Assembly (NCBI GenBank): GCA_018991295.1
Contig: JAGKSZ010000047.1
Location: forward strand, 1 to 32,435
DNA length: 32,435 nucleotides
Direction: 5' to 3'
From: Porphyrobacter sp.
GTDB taxonomy: Bacteria > Pseudomonadota > Alphaproteobacteria > Sphingomonadales > Sphingomonadaceae
Position 1 is the stretch's first letter. Every line of letters starts with the position of its first letter. The notes below the pieces were generated by a model. That model did no database searches. It was given only the letters and a program-made list of their open reading frames with translations, and was not told the origin of the DNA. The translations under genes were made by a program, and so were the position numbers. Shown in pieces: positions 8,861 through 17,098 of this stretch.

Positions 8861-10729
8861 ATGATTACGAGGTCGCCCTTCCCGCGCCGCTGGCTGGCGC
8901 TGCTGCTGCTGGCGTGCGCAATGCTGTGGAGCCCGGCCGCACAGGCGCAGAACTGCGCGCAGGCCACCACCCAGGGCACCGCTCCTGCCAGCTGGCAGAC
9001 CTATTGCTGGCTCAACCTTGCCAATTACAACGATACCACCGCGCGCAGCGCATCGGGCCAGAACATGAGCTTTACTCTGCCCGATGGCTCGACCCTGACC
9101 TTCAATGCGCGGGTTACCGGCACCAACCCGGCCTATAATGCCGTCACTTCGCCATCCTGGAGCGGATCGGCGGTCGGCAACAGCGCCTTCATCGGCATAC
9201 CGGGGCGGCCCGTGCTCTACTCCGCACAGGCAGGGACCAGCACCATCGCCATCACCAACATCTCCATCGCGCCCCCGGCAGGCGGCGGCGTGACGGTCTA
9301 TTCCTTTGTCGTTGCCGATGCGGAATCGAGCAATGACGGCGAAGCGATCCGCGTCACGACCAATGGCGGCGGCTGGCAGTTGTTCGATTCCGTACCGCCG
9401 ACTTCGGGCTCGACCATGCCGCCGATCAGCGGGGTGGGCAGCAGCAATGTCACCATCACCGGCGCGCCGGGCACGGTTGGCGCCTATATTCTTGGCAGCA
9501 ACAGCCCGACCAGCGTGACCATCCAGACCCAATCGGGCGGCCTGCAAGGGGTGATGATCGCCATCCGCTTTGCCACGATCCGGCTCCAGACCCAGTTCCT
9601 TGGCACGCGCGTGAACAGCGCCGATCAGCTCAGCTACCAGATCGCCTCGACCGCCACCGGCAGCGCGATCAGCAGCGGCACCACGACCGGCACAGGCGCA
9701 GGGCCCTTCACCACTGCACCGCTCAGCATGTCGGCCGGTATCCCGATCACGCTGCGCCTTGCGATGGCCAGCGGGAGCGCAAGCGCCACCACCGCCTACA
9801 CCGCCAATCTCACCTGCGTGAACACGGCAGGCACCACCCGCGCCAGCCTGCCCAACAACCTTTCAGCGACCACCGCCAATATCGGCCAGCTTGAATTCGG
9901 GGAATTTCTGGTCTGCACCTTTCAGGCTGGCGCCCAGCCCCGGCTGCGGGTGCGCAAGGCATTGAGCACCGCGCGGCGCTTTACCGGGGATCAGTTTACC
10001 GTGCGGATCATGGATGGGGCGAGTGTCGTCGCCTCATCGACCACGGCGGGCAGCAGCAGCACGATCAATACCGGCACGGGTGACACAGGGCTGGTGCAGG
10101 TCATCAACCAGCTGGCCTATACTGTCGACGAAATCGCTGCGGGGACCGGCAATCTCGGCAATTACACCGCCACCATGGCCTGCACCAACGCGACCAGCGG
10201 TTCGACGACGGCGCTGCCAACCGCAGTGGGCGGAACGATCAGCCTGCGACCCGGCGATGCGATCACCTGCACCATCACCAATGCCCGCCGCAATGCCGCA
10301 CTGCTGGTGATCAGCAAGACCAGCACGGTCATTTCCGATCCGGTCAATGGCACCACCAACCCCAAGCTGATCCCGGGCGCGATTGTCGAATATGCGATCA
10401 CGGTGCGCAATGTCGGCAATACGACGGTCGATTCCAGCTCGATCGTGATCCTTGATGTGATGCCTGCCGAAATGGCCTTCGCTACCGGCACGCCGGTGAC
10501 CTTCACCAACGGCACGCCGACCAGCGGGCTCAACACCTTCAATGCGGGCACGATGGTGCGCTTCACTTCGGCTGCAGGCGGGGCGGCACCCTATACTTAC
10601 ACACCGGCCGGACCGTTCGATGCCAATGTGCGCGGCATCCGCATCAACCCCACAGGCACGATGGCCGCAGCCACCAGCGGGACAAGTCAGCCGAACTTCA
10701 CGATCCGCTTCCGCGCGCGGGTGCAATAA
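8861..10729 (+). CDS. CshA/CshB-related fibrillar adhesin with two SpaA/CnaB-like repeats and a C-terminal DUF11 acceptor; putative tip adhesin (ORF track starts at 8795; 8861 preferred)
   Basis: AGGG before ATG 8861, signal ending AQA|Q; WQTYCWLNLANYN and FVVADAESSNDGE resemble the CshA non-repetitive domain; ..YTATMACTN..GDAITCTITN; LVISKTS..LIPGAIVEYAITVRN..ILDVMP..IRFRARVQ-stop. Confidence 0.75.
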   Translation: MITRSPFPRRWLALLLLACAMLWSPAAQAQNCAQATTQGTAPASWQTYCWLNLANYNDTTARSASGQNMSFTLPDGSTLTFNARVTGTNPAYNAVTSPSWSGSAVGNSAFIGIPGRPVLYSAQAGTSTIAITNISIAPPAGGGVTVYSFVVADAESSNDGEAIRVTTNGGGWQLFDSVPPTSGSTMPPISGVGSSNVTITGAPGTVGAYILGSNSPTSVTIQTQSGGLQGVMIAIRFATIRLQTQFLGTRVNSADQLSYQIASTATGSAISSGTTTGTGAGPFTTAPLSMSAGIPITLRLAMASGSASATTAYTANLTCVNTAGTTRASLPNNLSATTANIGQLEFGEFLVCTFQAGAQPRLRVRKALSTARRFTGDQFTVRIMDGASVVASSTTAGSSSTINTGTGDTGLVQVINQLAYTVDEIAAGTGNLGNYTATMACTNATSGSTTALPTAVGGTISLRPGDAITCTITNARRNAALLVISKTSTVISDPVNGTTNPKLIPGAIVEYAITVRNVGNTTVDSSSIVILDVMPAEMAFATGTPVTFTNGTPTSGLNTFNAGTMVRFTSAAGGAAPYTYTPAGPFDANVRGIRINPTGTMAAATSGTSQPNFTIRFRARVQ

Positions 10730-10737
10730 GGCGGCGC

Positions 10738-11415
10738 TTAGCCTGCCCAGCTTTCACCCAGCGCATCGGCCACCACGGCAGCGCGCAAGGCGGCAATCCC
10801 CATGCCCTTCTCGCTGCTGGTGAGGTGAATTTCGGGGTGTGCGGCGACGTGCTTTTTCGCCTCGGCGGCGGTCGCTTCTGCGACCTTGGCCAGATCGCTC
10901 GCCTTGATCTTGTCGGTCTTGGTGAGGACGATCCGGTATCCGACCGCAGCCTGATCGAGCATCGTCATCATTGTCCGGTCAACGTCCTTGATGCCGTGGC
11001 GGCTATCGACCAGCACCAGCGTGCGCGACAGGACCTGCCGCCCGCGCAGGTAAGAATTGACCAGCGCCTTCCACTTTTCGACCACCTTCACCGGCGCTTT
11101 GGCAAAGCCATAGCCGGGCATATCGACCAGCCGGAACAGCGGCAGCGCGCCTTCATCCTCAGGGCGGCCCACATCGAAGAAGTTCAATTCCTGCGTGCGC
11201 CCCGGCGTCACCGATGCCCGCGCGATGGACTTGCGGCCTGTGAGCGCATTGAGCAGCGAGGACTTGCCCACATTCGAACGCCCGCAAAAGGCGATTTCCG
11301 GCACGACCGGATCGGGCAGGAATTGCAGCTGCGGGGCAGAACGCAGGAAATCGACCGGCCCCGAAAAGAGCCTCGATGCCGCTTCTTCGCGCTCGTGCTG
11401 TACGGTCTCGTCCAT
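10738..11415 (-). CDS. engB: Ribosome biogenesis GTPase EngB/YihA (true start MDETVQ at 11415)
   Basis: FCGRSNVGKSSLLN (G1), TPGRTQ, DMPGYG (G3), TKTDK (G4). Confidence 0.95.
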   Translation of the reverse strand: MDETVQHEREEAASRLFSGPVDFLRSAPQLQFLPDPVVPEIAFCGRSNVGKSSLLNALTGRKSIARASVTPGRTQELNFFDVGRPEDEGALPLFRLVDMPGYGFAKAPVKVVEKWKALVNSYLRGRQVLSRTLVLVDSRHGIKDVDRTMMTMLDQAAVGYRIVLTKTDKIKASDLAKVAEATAAEAKKHVAAHPEIHLTSSEKGMGIAALRAAVVADALGESWAG

Positions 11416-11423
11416 TGCGCGCG

Positions 11424-13178
11424 TCAGGTCTTTTTCGCTGCGGCCGCCGCATTGGCCGCCTTCAGTTGTGGATGCTTGGAATAGAGGTAGCTCTGCTGCG
11501 CCACGGTGAGGATGTTCGAGGTTACCCAGTACAGCAGCAGGCCTGCGGCAAAGGGCGCCATCACAAACATCAGGATCCACGGCATGATCGCAAACATCTG
11601 TTGCTGCACCGGGTCCATCGCGGACGGATTGAGGCGGAAGGTCAGCCACATGGTGATCCCCAGCAGCACGGCAAGCGGGCCGATGGCAAGGAAGCTCGCT
11701 TCCGGCACGGCAAAGGGCAGCAGGCCGAACAGGTTGAGGATATGCGCAGGATCGGGCGCGGACAGATCCTTGATCCACAAGATGAACGGCTCGTGCCGCA
11801 TCTCGATGGCGAGGACCAGCACCTTGTAGAGCGCGAAGAACACCGGGATCTGGATCAGCATCGGCAGGCAGCCGGACAAGGGGTTCACCTTCTCGTCCTT
11901 GTAGAGCTTCATGATCTCCTGCTGCTGGCGCTGCTTGTCGTCCTTGAAGCGTTCCTGGATTTCCTTCATCCGCGGCTGCACCGCCTTCATCGCCGCCATC
12001 GAGGCAAAGCCCTTCTGCGCGACGGGGAACATCAGCCCGCGGATGATGACGGTGAGCAGGATGATCGCCACCCCGAAATTGCCGACCACGCCGTTGAGCG
12101 AGCGCAGCAGCCACAGGATCGGCTTTTCAAAGATCTCGAACCAGCCCCAGCTGATCGCCTTGCCGAAATAGGTGATCCCGCCATCTTCGTAGGTATCAAG
12201 GATCTGGCTGTCCTTGGCGCCCGCATAAAGGCGGGTTTCCTGCGTCACGGTGCCGCCCGCCGGCACGGTAACAGCGCCATGAAGCAGATCGGTGCGGAAC
12301 AGTTTGCTGCCAAGGCTGCGGAAGCCTGCATCGTCAACCTTGACGTTGCCTTTGCCATCCCCCGGAACCAGCGCGGCGAGCCAGTACTGATCGGTAAAGC
12401 CCAGCCAATCGGGTGCGCCTGCCGGGCTTTCACCGCCCAGTTCGGCCAGCTCGTCATAGGAATGCGGGTCCCACAGCGTCCCGCCGAACACGCCGACGGG
12501 GCCGGAGTGCGACACGAACTGATCGATCGTGGCATTGGTGCTGGTGCGCTTGATCAGCGCGAAGGGCTGCACCACCGCAGGGGCAGCGCCAGCGGTCACG
12601 CTTTGGGTGGCGGTGATCATGTAATTGGCATCGACCGCAAAGCGGATGCGATAGGTCACGCCAGAGGCATCGGTGCGGGTGAGGGTCACCGGCGTGGTCG
12701 GCGTCAGCTTGGTGGCATCTGCCTGCCACAGCAGGTTCGAAGCCTGGCGCTGGCCGCCTGCGACAAAGCCGAATTCCGCAAAATACTGCCCCGGCGTGCC
12801 TTCAGGCGCGAACAGGCGGACAGGGCCTGAGTCCTTCTTCACCGTCTCGCGGTAATCCTTGAGCTCGATATCGTCGATCCGCGCGCCGACAAGGTTGATC
12901 GATCCGGACAGGCGCGGGGTATCGATCGCCACGCGGTTGCCGCCGCCAAGTGCGGCCTTCAGGTCAACCTTGCGCGTCGCAGCCTCAGCGCCAAGATTGC
13001 CTGCACCGCCCGCCGCAGCAATCGGAGCGGCAGCCGGGCCTTCGCCCTTGGCCGCAGCCGTCGCAGCTGCCTGTGCGGCAGGTGCCGGCTCGGGGTAGAA
13101 ATACCGCATGCCCACGTCCCACCCGAGAATGAGCAAGCCGGAAAGTACGACGGCGAGCAGAAGATTGCGATTGTCCAA
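11424..13178 (-). CDS. yidC: Membrane protein insertase YidC (TTG start at 13178 or 13184)
   Basis: N-terminal TM, periplasmic domain, GNFGVAIILLTVIIRGLMFP, KVNPLSGCLPMLIQIPVFFALY, WIKDLSAPD, GLLLYWVTSN. Confidence 0.97.
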   Translation of the reverse strand: MDNRNLLLAVVLSGLLILGWDVGMRYFYPEPAPAAQAAATAAAKGEGPAAAPIAAAGGAGNLGAEAATRKVDLKAALGGGNRVAIDTPRLSGSINLVGARIDDIELKDYRETVKKDSGPVRLFAPEGTPGQYFAEFGFVAGGQRQASNLLWQADATKLTPTTPVTLTRTDASGVTYRIRFAVDANYMITATQSVTAGAAPAVVQPFALIKRTSTNATIDQFVSHSGPVGVFGGTLWDPHSYDELAELGGESPAGAPDWLGFTDQYWLAALVPGDGKGNVKVDDAGFRSLGSKLFRTDLLHGAVTVPAGGTVTQETRLYAGAKDSQILDTYEDGGITYFGKAISWGWFEIFEKPILWLLRSLNGVVGNFGVAIILLTVIIRGLMFPVAQKGFASMAAMKAVQPRMKEIQERFKDDKQRQQQEIMKLYKDEKVNPLSGCLPMLIQIPVFFALYKVLVLAIEMRHEPFILWIKDLSAPDPAHILNLFGLLPFAVPEASFLAIGPLAVLLGITMWLTFRLNPSAMDPVQQQMFAIMPWILMFVMAPFAAGLLLYWVTSNILTVAQQSYLYSKHPQLKAANAAAAAKKT

Positions 13179-13258
13179 GTTCAAGCCCCGAGCGAATGCG
13201 ACATTTGGTGTATTATGGGGTTAAGGCGGTCCGGTTACCAGTCCCCCGGATGATGGCC

Positions 13259-13468
13259 CTAGGGAACGGGATCGTGCCCGCACCCACCCCAAGGCTGGCA
13301 GCGCATTAGCCGCTTCGCTGCCATCCATCCACCCTTAAGCGCGCCGTATTTGCCGATCGCCTCGATCGCATACTGGCTGCACGAAGGCGAAAAGCGGCAC
13401 GAGGGCGGCAGGATACGCGAAGGGCCAAGCTGCCAGCCGCGCGCGATGAGGATGAGGAGTTGCTTCAT
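13259..13468 (-). CDS. yidD: Membrane protein insertion efficiency factor YidD
   Basis: CRFSPSCSQYAIEAI..GALKG..RLMRCQPWGGCGHDPVP; conserved position between rnpA and yidC. Confidence 0.95.
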   Translation of the reverse strand: MKQLLILIARGWQLGPSRILPPSCRFSPSCSQYAIEAIGKYGALKGGWMAAKRLMRCQPWGGCGHDPVP

Positions 13469-13869
13469 TTGCGGCGATTGCCCTTTCGGGGGCGACGCCC
13501 GCCTGCCGGATCGCCGCGCCCTTCGCGGGCACGCTCCAGCGCCTTGGCGAGTTCATCGGCCATCAGGTGGAAGTCGCGCTCGATCCCGCCAGCGCGGCCG
13601 ATCAGCACGTGATCATGGTCGGCCAGGCCCTGCACCGGAAGCGCGGCCCGCAACAGCTCGCGCAAGCGCCGCTTCATGCGGTTGCGCACCACCGCGTTGC
13701 CGATCTTCTTGGTGACGGTAATCCCGAACCGGATGCCCTGCCCGTCATTCGGGCGGGTCAGCAGCACGAATCCAGCGCGGGCATTGCGGGTGCCGCTGTT
13801 CGCCGCCAGAAAATCGGCGCGCTTGGTGAGCGTCTTCACAGGGATCGTGGCGCTTGCCGCCTGAGTCAT
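13465..13869 (-). CDS. rnpA: Ribonuclease P protein component
   Basis: LTKRADF, RFGITVTKKIGNAVVRNRMKRRLRE (RNR motif). Confidence 0.95.
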   Translation of the reverse strand: MTQAASATIPVKTLTKRADFLAANSGTRNARAGFVLLTRPNDGQGIRFGITVTKKIGNAVVRNRMKRRLRELLRAALPVQGLADHDHVLIGRAGGIERDFHLMADELAKALERAREGRGDPAGGRRPRKGNRRK

Positions 13870-13876
13870 GTGTTTA

Positions 13877-14101
13877 CGCCCTCAAACGCCGGGCGGCGGA
13901 CATCCGTCCGCCTTGGCTTCGGCCTTCCGGCCGGCGCGTGGTCACGCTTGCCAGCCGCTGGCGCGGTGCGATTCGTTCTATCCATCAGAGCCGGAAACGC
14001 AAACGGGCTCCCAAAGGGAGCCCGCAAGGGCGACTGCCCGCCGCAGCTTATGCTGCGAAAGCCAAGCAGGCCGGATGGCCTGCGCCCGGCGCCTGAGGGC
14101 G
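13877..14101. repeat. Inverted pair of composite structured repeats (REPIN/BIME-like)
   Basis: 13877-13951 and the reverse complement of 14024-14101 share CGCCCTCA..CGCCGGGC-[6-bp stem/CATCCG loop]-TTGGCTT(T)C-[hairpin]-GGCG.G..GTC.C.CTTGC; extra hairpin CGGGCTCCC-AAA-GGGAGCCCG at 14004-14024. Confidence 0.75.
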
Positions 14102-14109
14102 CCAGAAAA

Positions 14110-14244
14110 TTACGCGCAGAGCTTCTTGCGGCCGCGGGCACGGCGGGCACGCAGCACCTTGCGGCCACCGGTGGTCGCCTTGCGGGCAAAGAAACCGTGA
14201 CGACGGGCGCGCACGAGATTGCTGGGCTGGAAGGTACGCTTCAT
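14110..14244 (-). CDS. rpmH: 50S ribosomal protein L34
   Basis: Manual translation [44 protein letters not shown] (44 aa); missing from the ORF track. Confidence 0.97.
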   Translation of the reverse strand: MKRTFQPSNLVRARRHGFFARKATTGGRKVLRARRARGRKKLCA

Positions 14245-14331
14245 ATCATCCTCGAAAAGCTGACCGGCACATTCTCAAGGCGAGGCAGGCCGGGGCCGCA
14301 CACGTGCGGACCGCAAAACAGACCGGGGCCG

Positions 14332-15366
14332 TTATGGGAAAGCCGCCGCTGAGTCAAGCAGACCAAGCGGAGCGGTCGCATAAGCGAGGCGAGGTGCGAC
14401 AGCAGCCACAGGCCGTTCAGCCTGCACCAATGCCGCCAGCCGCCCCGACATCGCCTGTGCCGAGCGCGCCAGCGCCGCACGCAGCGCGCTGTCGACCTTG
14501 ACCACCGGCGCAGCGGGCATGCTGCGCGATGCCGGAGCGATCCAGCGCGCCATTTCGGCCCCCTCCAGCCACAGCGCACCGGCATGCGGCACGGAATTGG
14601 TCATGGCATAGAACGCGCGGGCATCCTCGGGGCTCATTCCCATTTCGGCGTAGTAATCCAGATAAAGCCGGTTTTCAGGTGCATCGGGGGCGAAATCGGC
14701 AGGCTCGCGCCCGGCCTCATCGCGCCATGAATGCACCGCGAACAGCGCGCCGGGCTCAACCGTGCGGCGCGTGCCTGCCAGAAACAGCTCGACCGCGCCC
14801 GAGCGTGCCGAGCCGCCCGCCGGGACATGGGTGGCAAGGCCCGCGGCCCGGATCGCACGGCCAAGGCGCAGGTTGGCCAGATCATGGCTGGTCCCCGGCG
14901 CATCGACGAATTCAATCACTTCCAGATCGGGAAAGCTCGCCAGCATCGCCGCGAAGGCCTGCGGACTGGCCGCATCGGTGGGCGCAACCAGTGCGGCGCG
15001 GCTTGCGTCGATCACGCGGAACGGGCCGAAGGCGGCAATCCCGGCAGCGCCAGAAGGCACACGCTTGGCTGCGCCGATAAAGCGCACCGGTTGCGGTTCA
15101 ATCACGGTTTCGGTGATGGTGACGCCGCCCGCCGCACGGGTGGTGGTGGTGCTGGTGGTGGGCGCTTCGAACGCCGCCGGGGCGATAGCGCCAGGGCCCT
15201 CCTCGACGCGCACCCACCGGCCTGTGGCCGGGTCCCATTCCTCGACCCAGCTGACCTTGGTCACCACCCGCGCACTGTGCTGCGCGAATGCAGCAGTGCC
15301 GGGAAGCACCAGTGCCAAAACGGCAAGGAACAGGGCGAGCACGCGGTTCATGGCCGCAGGTTTCAC
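14332..15366 (-). CDS. Secreted hypothetical protein with ClpP/crotonase-like domain (COG3904-like)
   Basis: Signal peptide ending AFA|Q; DAPG..LRLGRAIRAAGLATHVPAGGSARSGAVELFLAGTRRTVEPGALFAVHSW matches the pattern of ClpP-like periplasmic proteins. Confidence 0.6.
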   Translation of the reverse strand: MKPAAMNRVLALFLAVLALVLPGTAAFAQHSARVVTKVSWVEEWDPATGRWVRVEEGPGAIAPAAFEAPTTSTTTTRAAGGVTITETVIEPQPVRFIGAAKRVPSGAAGIAAFGPFRVIDASRAALVAPTDAASPQAFAAMLASFPDLEVIEFVDAPGTSHDLANLRLGRAIRAAGLATHVPAGGSARSGAVELFLAGTRRTVEPGALFAVHSWRDEAGREPADFAPDAPENRLYLDYYAEMGMSPEDARAFYAMTNSVPHAGALWLEGAEMARWIAPASRSMPAAPVVKVDSALRAALARSAQAMSGRLAALVQAERPVAAVAPRLAYATAPLGLLDSAAAFP

Positions 15367-15401
15367 CCACCGCCCCTTCCGAATTCGCCAAGATTTATGC
15401 T

Positions 15402-15417
15402 TTAAAAAAGCCTTAGC
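15402..15417 (-). promoter_or_regulatory. CtrA-like box in the divergent gap between the hypothetical gene and comM
   Basis: TTAA-AAAAGCC-TTAGC (GCTAA-N7-TTAA on the minus strand); TTAACCCT half site at 15448-15455. Confidence 0.45.
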
Positions 15418-15523
15418 ATTCGCCCTGAGGCGGCGCGGCCGGGGCGATTAACCCTATTTGCTCGACAAGCCTTTCGAATGACTGCACAATCCGCAGCCTT
15501 GGGGCGGGCAAGGGGGCAGGCAG

Positions 15524-17014
15524 ATGGTCGCGCTGGTGAGGACGGTTGCCTACCTCGGGCTGGAGGCCCGGGCGGTGGAGGTGCAGTGCCATGTCGGCCC
15601 CGGCCTGCCGCGTTTCAATCTTGTCGGCCTGCCTGACAAGGCGGTGAGCGAAAGCCGCGAACGGGTGCAGGCCGCGCTGGCGGCGATGGGCCTTGCGCTG
15701 CCGCCCAAGCGCATCACCGTCAACCTGTCGCCCGCCGATCTGCCCAAGGACGGATCACATTACGATCTGCCGATCGCGCTGGCGCTGCTGGCGGCGATGG
15801 GCGTGACCGATGCCGAACAGCTGGGCGATTGGATCGCGGTGGGGGAACTGGCGCTGGATGGCCGCGTGGTCGCCAGCCCCGGCGTGCTGATCGCCGCGCT
15901 TCATGCCAGCGAAGTTGGCAGCGGCCTGATCTGCCCCGAGGCCCAAGGCCCCGAGGCCCGTTGGGCCAGCGGCGTGCCGGTGCTTGCCCCGCGCGATCTG
16001 ACCAGCCTGCTGGGCCATCTCAAGGGCACGCTGGTCTTGCCCGAGCCCCCTCGCGGCGCGGTGACAGAAGTCCCAACGGGCAATGATCTGAAGCAGGTCA
16101 AGGGGCAGGAAACCGCCAAGCGCGCGCTCGAAATTGCGGCTGCCGGCGGGCACAACCTGCTGATGGCGGGGCCGCCCGGATCGGGCAAGAGCCTGCTCGC
16201 ATCCTGCCTCCCCGGCATCCTCCCCCCGCTCGCCCCTGCCGAGGCGCTGGAGGTTTCGATGGTGCAATCGGTGGCGGGGATGCTGGAGGCAGGACGGATC
16301 AGCCGCGCCCGCCCATTTCGCGCACCGCACCATTCGGCCAGCATGGCCGCGCTCACCGGCGGCGGGCTGAAGGTGCGGCCCGGAGAGGTCAGTCTGGCGC
16401 ATCTGGGGGTGCTGTTTCTCGACGAATTGCCCGAATTCCAGCGCCCGGTGCTCGATTCGCTGCGCCAGCCGCTGGAAACCGGCACCGTCGATGTCGCCCG
16501 TGCCAATGCCCATGTGACCTTCCCGGCGCGGGTGCAGCTGGTGGCGGCGATGAACCCGTGCCGCTGCGGCTATGCCGGCCATCCGGCGAGGAACTGTAAC
16601 AAGTATCCGCGCTGCATTGGCGATTATCAGGCGCGATTGTCCGGGCCCTTGCTCGACCGCATAGACCTGCACGTTCATGTCGCCGCCGTCAGCGCATTGG
16701 ACATGACCCTGCCCCCGCCCGCCGAGGGCAGTGCCGAAGTTGCGCTGCGTGTCGCGGCTGCGCGGGCACAGGCAACCGCGCGCGGTGTGCGCTCGAACGC
16801 GGAACTGGATGGCGAGCGGCTCGATCAATATGCGAGCCCCGACGAGGCAGGCCGCAAGCTGTTGCTGCAAGCCGCCGAAAAGCTACGGCTTTCCGCACGC
16901 GGCTATACCAGGATGCTCAGGGTCTCGCGCACAATTGCCGATCTTGCCGGGGCACAAACGGTGGGCCGGGCGCACATCGCAGAAGCCCTGTCCTATCGGA
17001 TGATGACCGGCTAA
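15524..17014 (+). CDS. comM: YifB/ComM Mg-chelatase-like AAA+ ATPase
   Basis: VGLPDKAVSESRERV, GPPGSGKS (Walker A), RPFRAPHHSAS, GVLFLDELPEF (Walker B), AAMNPCRCG, LSGPLLDRID. Confidence 0.95.
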   Translation: MVALVRTVAYLGLEARAVEVQCHVGPGLPRFNLVGLPDKAVSESRERVQAALAAMGLALPPKRITVNLSPADLPKDGSHYDLPIALALLAAMGVTDAEQLGDWIAVGELALDGRVVASPGVLIAALHASEVGSGLICPEAQGPEARWASGVPVLAPRDLTSLLGHLKGTLVLPEPPRGAVTEVPTGNDLKQVKGQETAKRALEIAAAGGHNLLMAGPPGSGKSLLASCLPGILPPLAPAEALEVSMVQSVAGMLEAGRISRARPFRAPHHSASMAALTGGGLKVRPGEVSLAHLGVLFLDELPEFQRPVLDSLRQPLETGTVDVARANAHVTFPARVQLVAAMNPCRCGYAGHPARNCNKYPRCIGDYQARLSGPLLDRIDLHVHVAAVSALDMTLPPPAEGSAEVALRVAAARAQATARGVRSNAELDGERLDQYASPDEAGRKLLLQAAEKLRLSARGYTRMLRVSRTIADLAGAQTVGRAHIAEALSYRMMTG

Positions 17015-17098
17015 GGGCACAGGCCAAGGCCGCGCATCCCCTCCCCACCCGCCCGGCCTGACAAAGGCACAGCGGCGATTCTTCACGATCCTTCAGCA

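Noticed and set aside
974-10729. Cluster as a classical chaperone-usher, type IV/Tad, curli or T1SS adhesin locus, or as a mobile island
   Set aside because: No PapD, prepilin, ATPase, CsgG or RTX signatures; no integrase, transposase, tRNA or flanking repeats; base composition looks like the flanks by eye
10738-12114. ORF-track N-terminal extension of engB (and likewise of dnaB, PLD, rpmJ, the HAD hydrolase and the DUF4136 protein)
   Set aside because: The extensions overlap neighbouring genes or promoters; homology-type motifs start at the downstream ATGs given
13866-14189. 107-aa ORF between rpmH and rnpA
   Set aside because: Overlaps rpmH out of frame and runs through the inverted-repeat element
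14245-14331. oriC next to rpmH
   Set aside because: No dnaA gene, DnaA-box cluster or AT-rich unwinding element here
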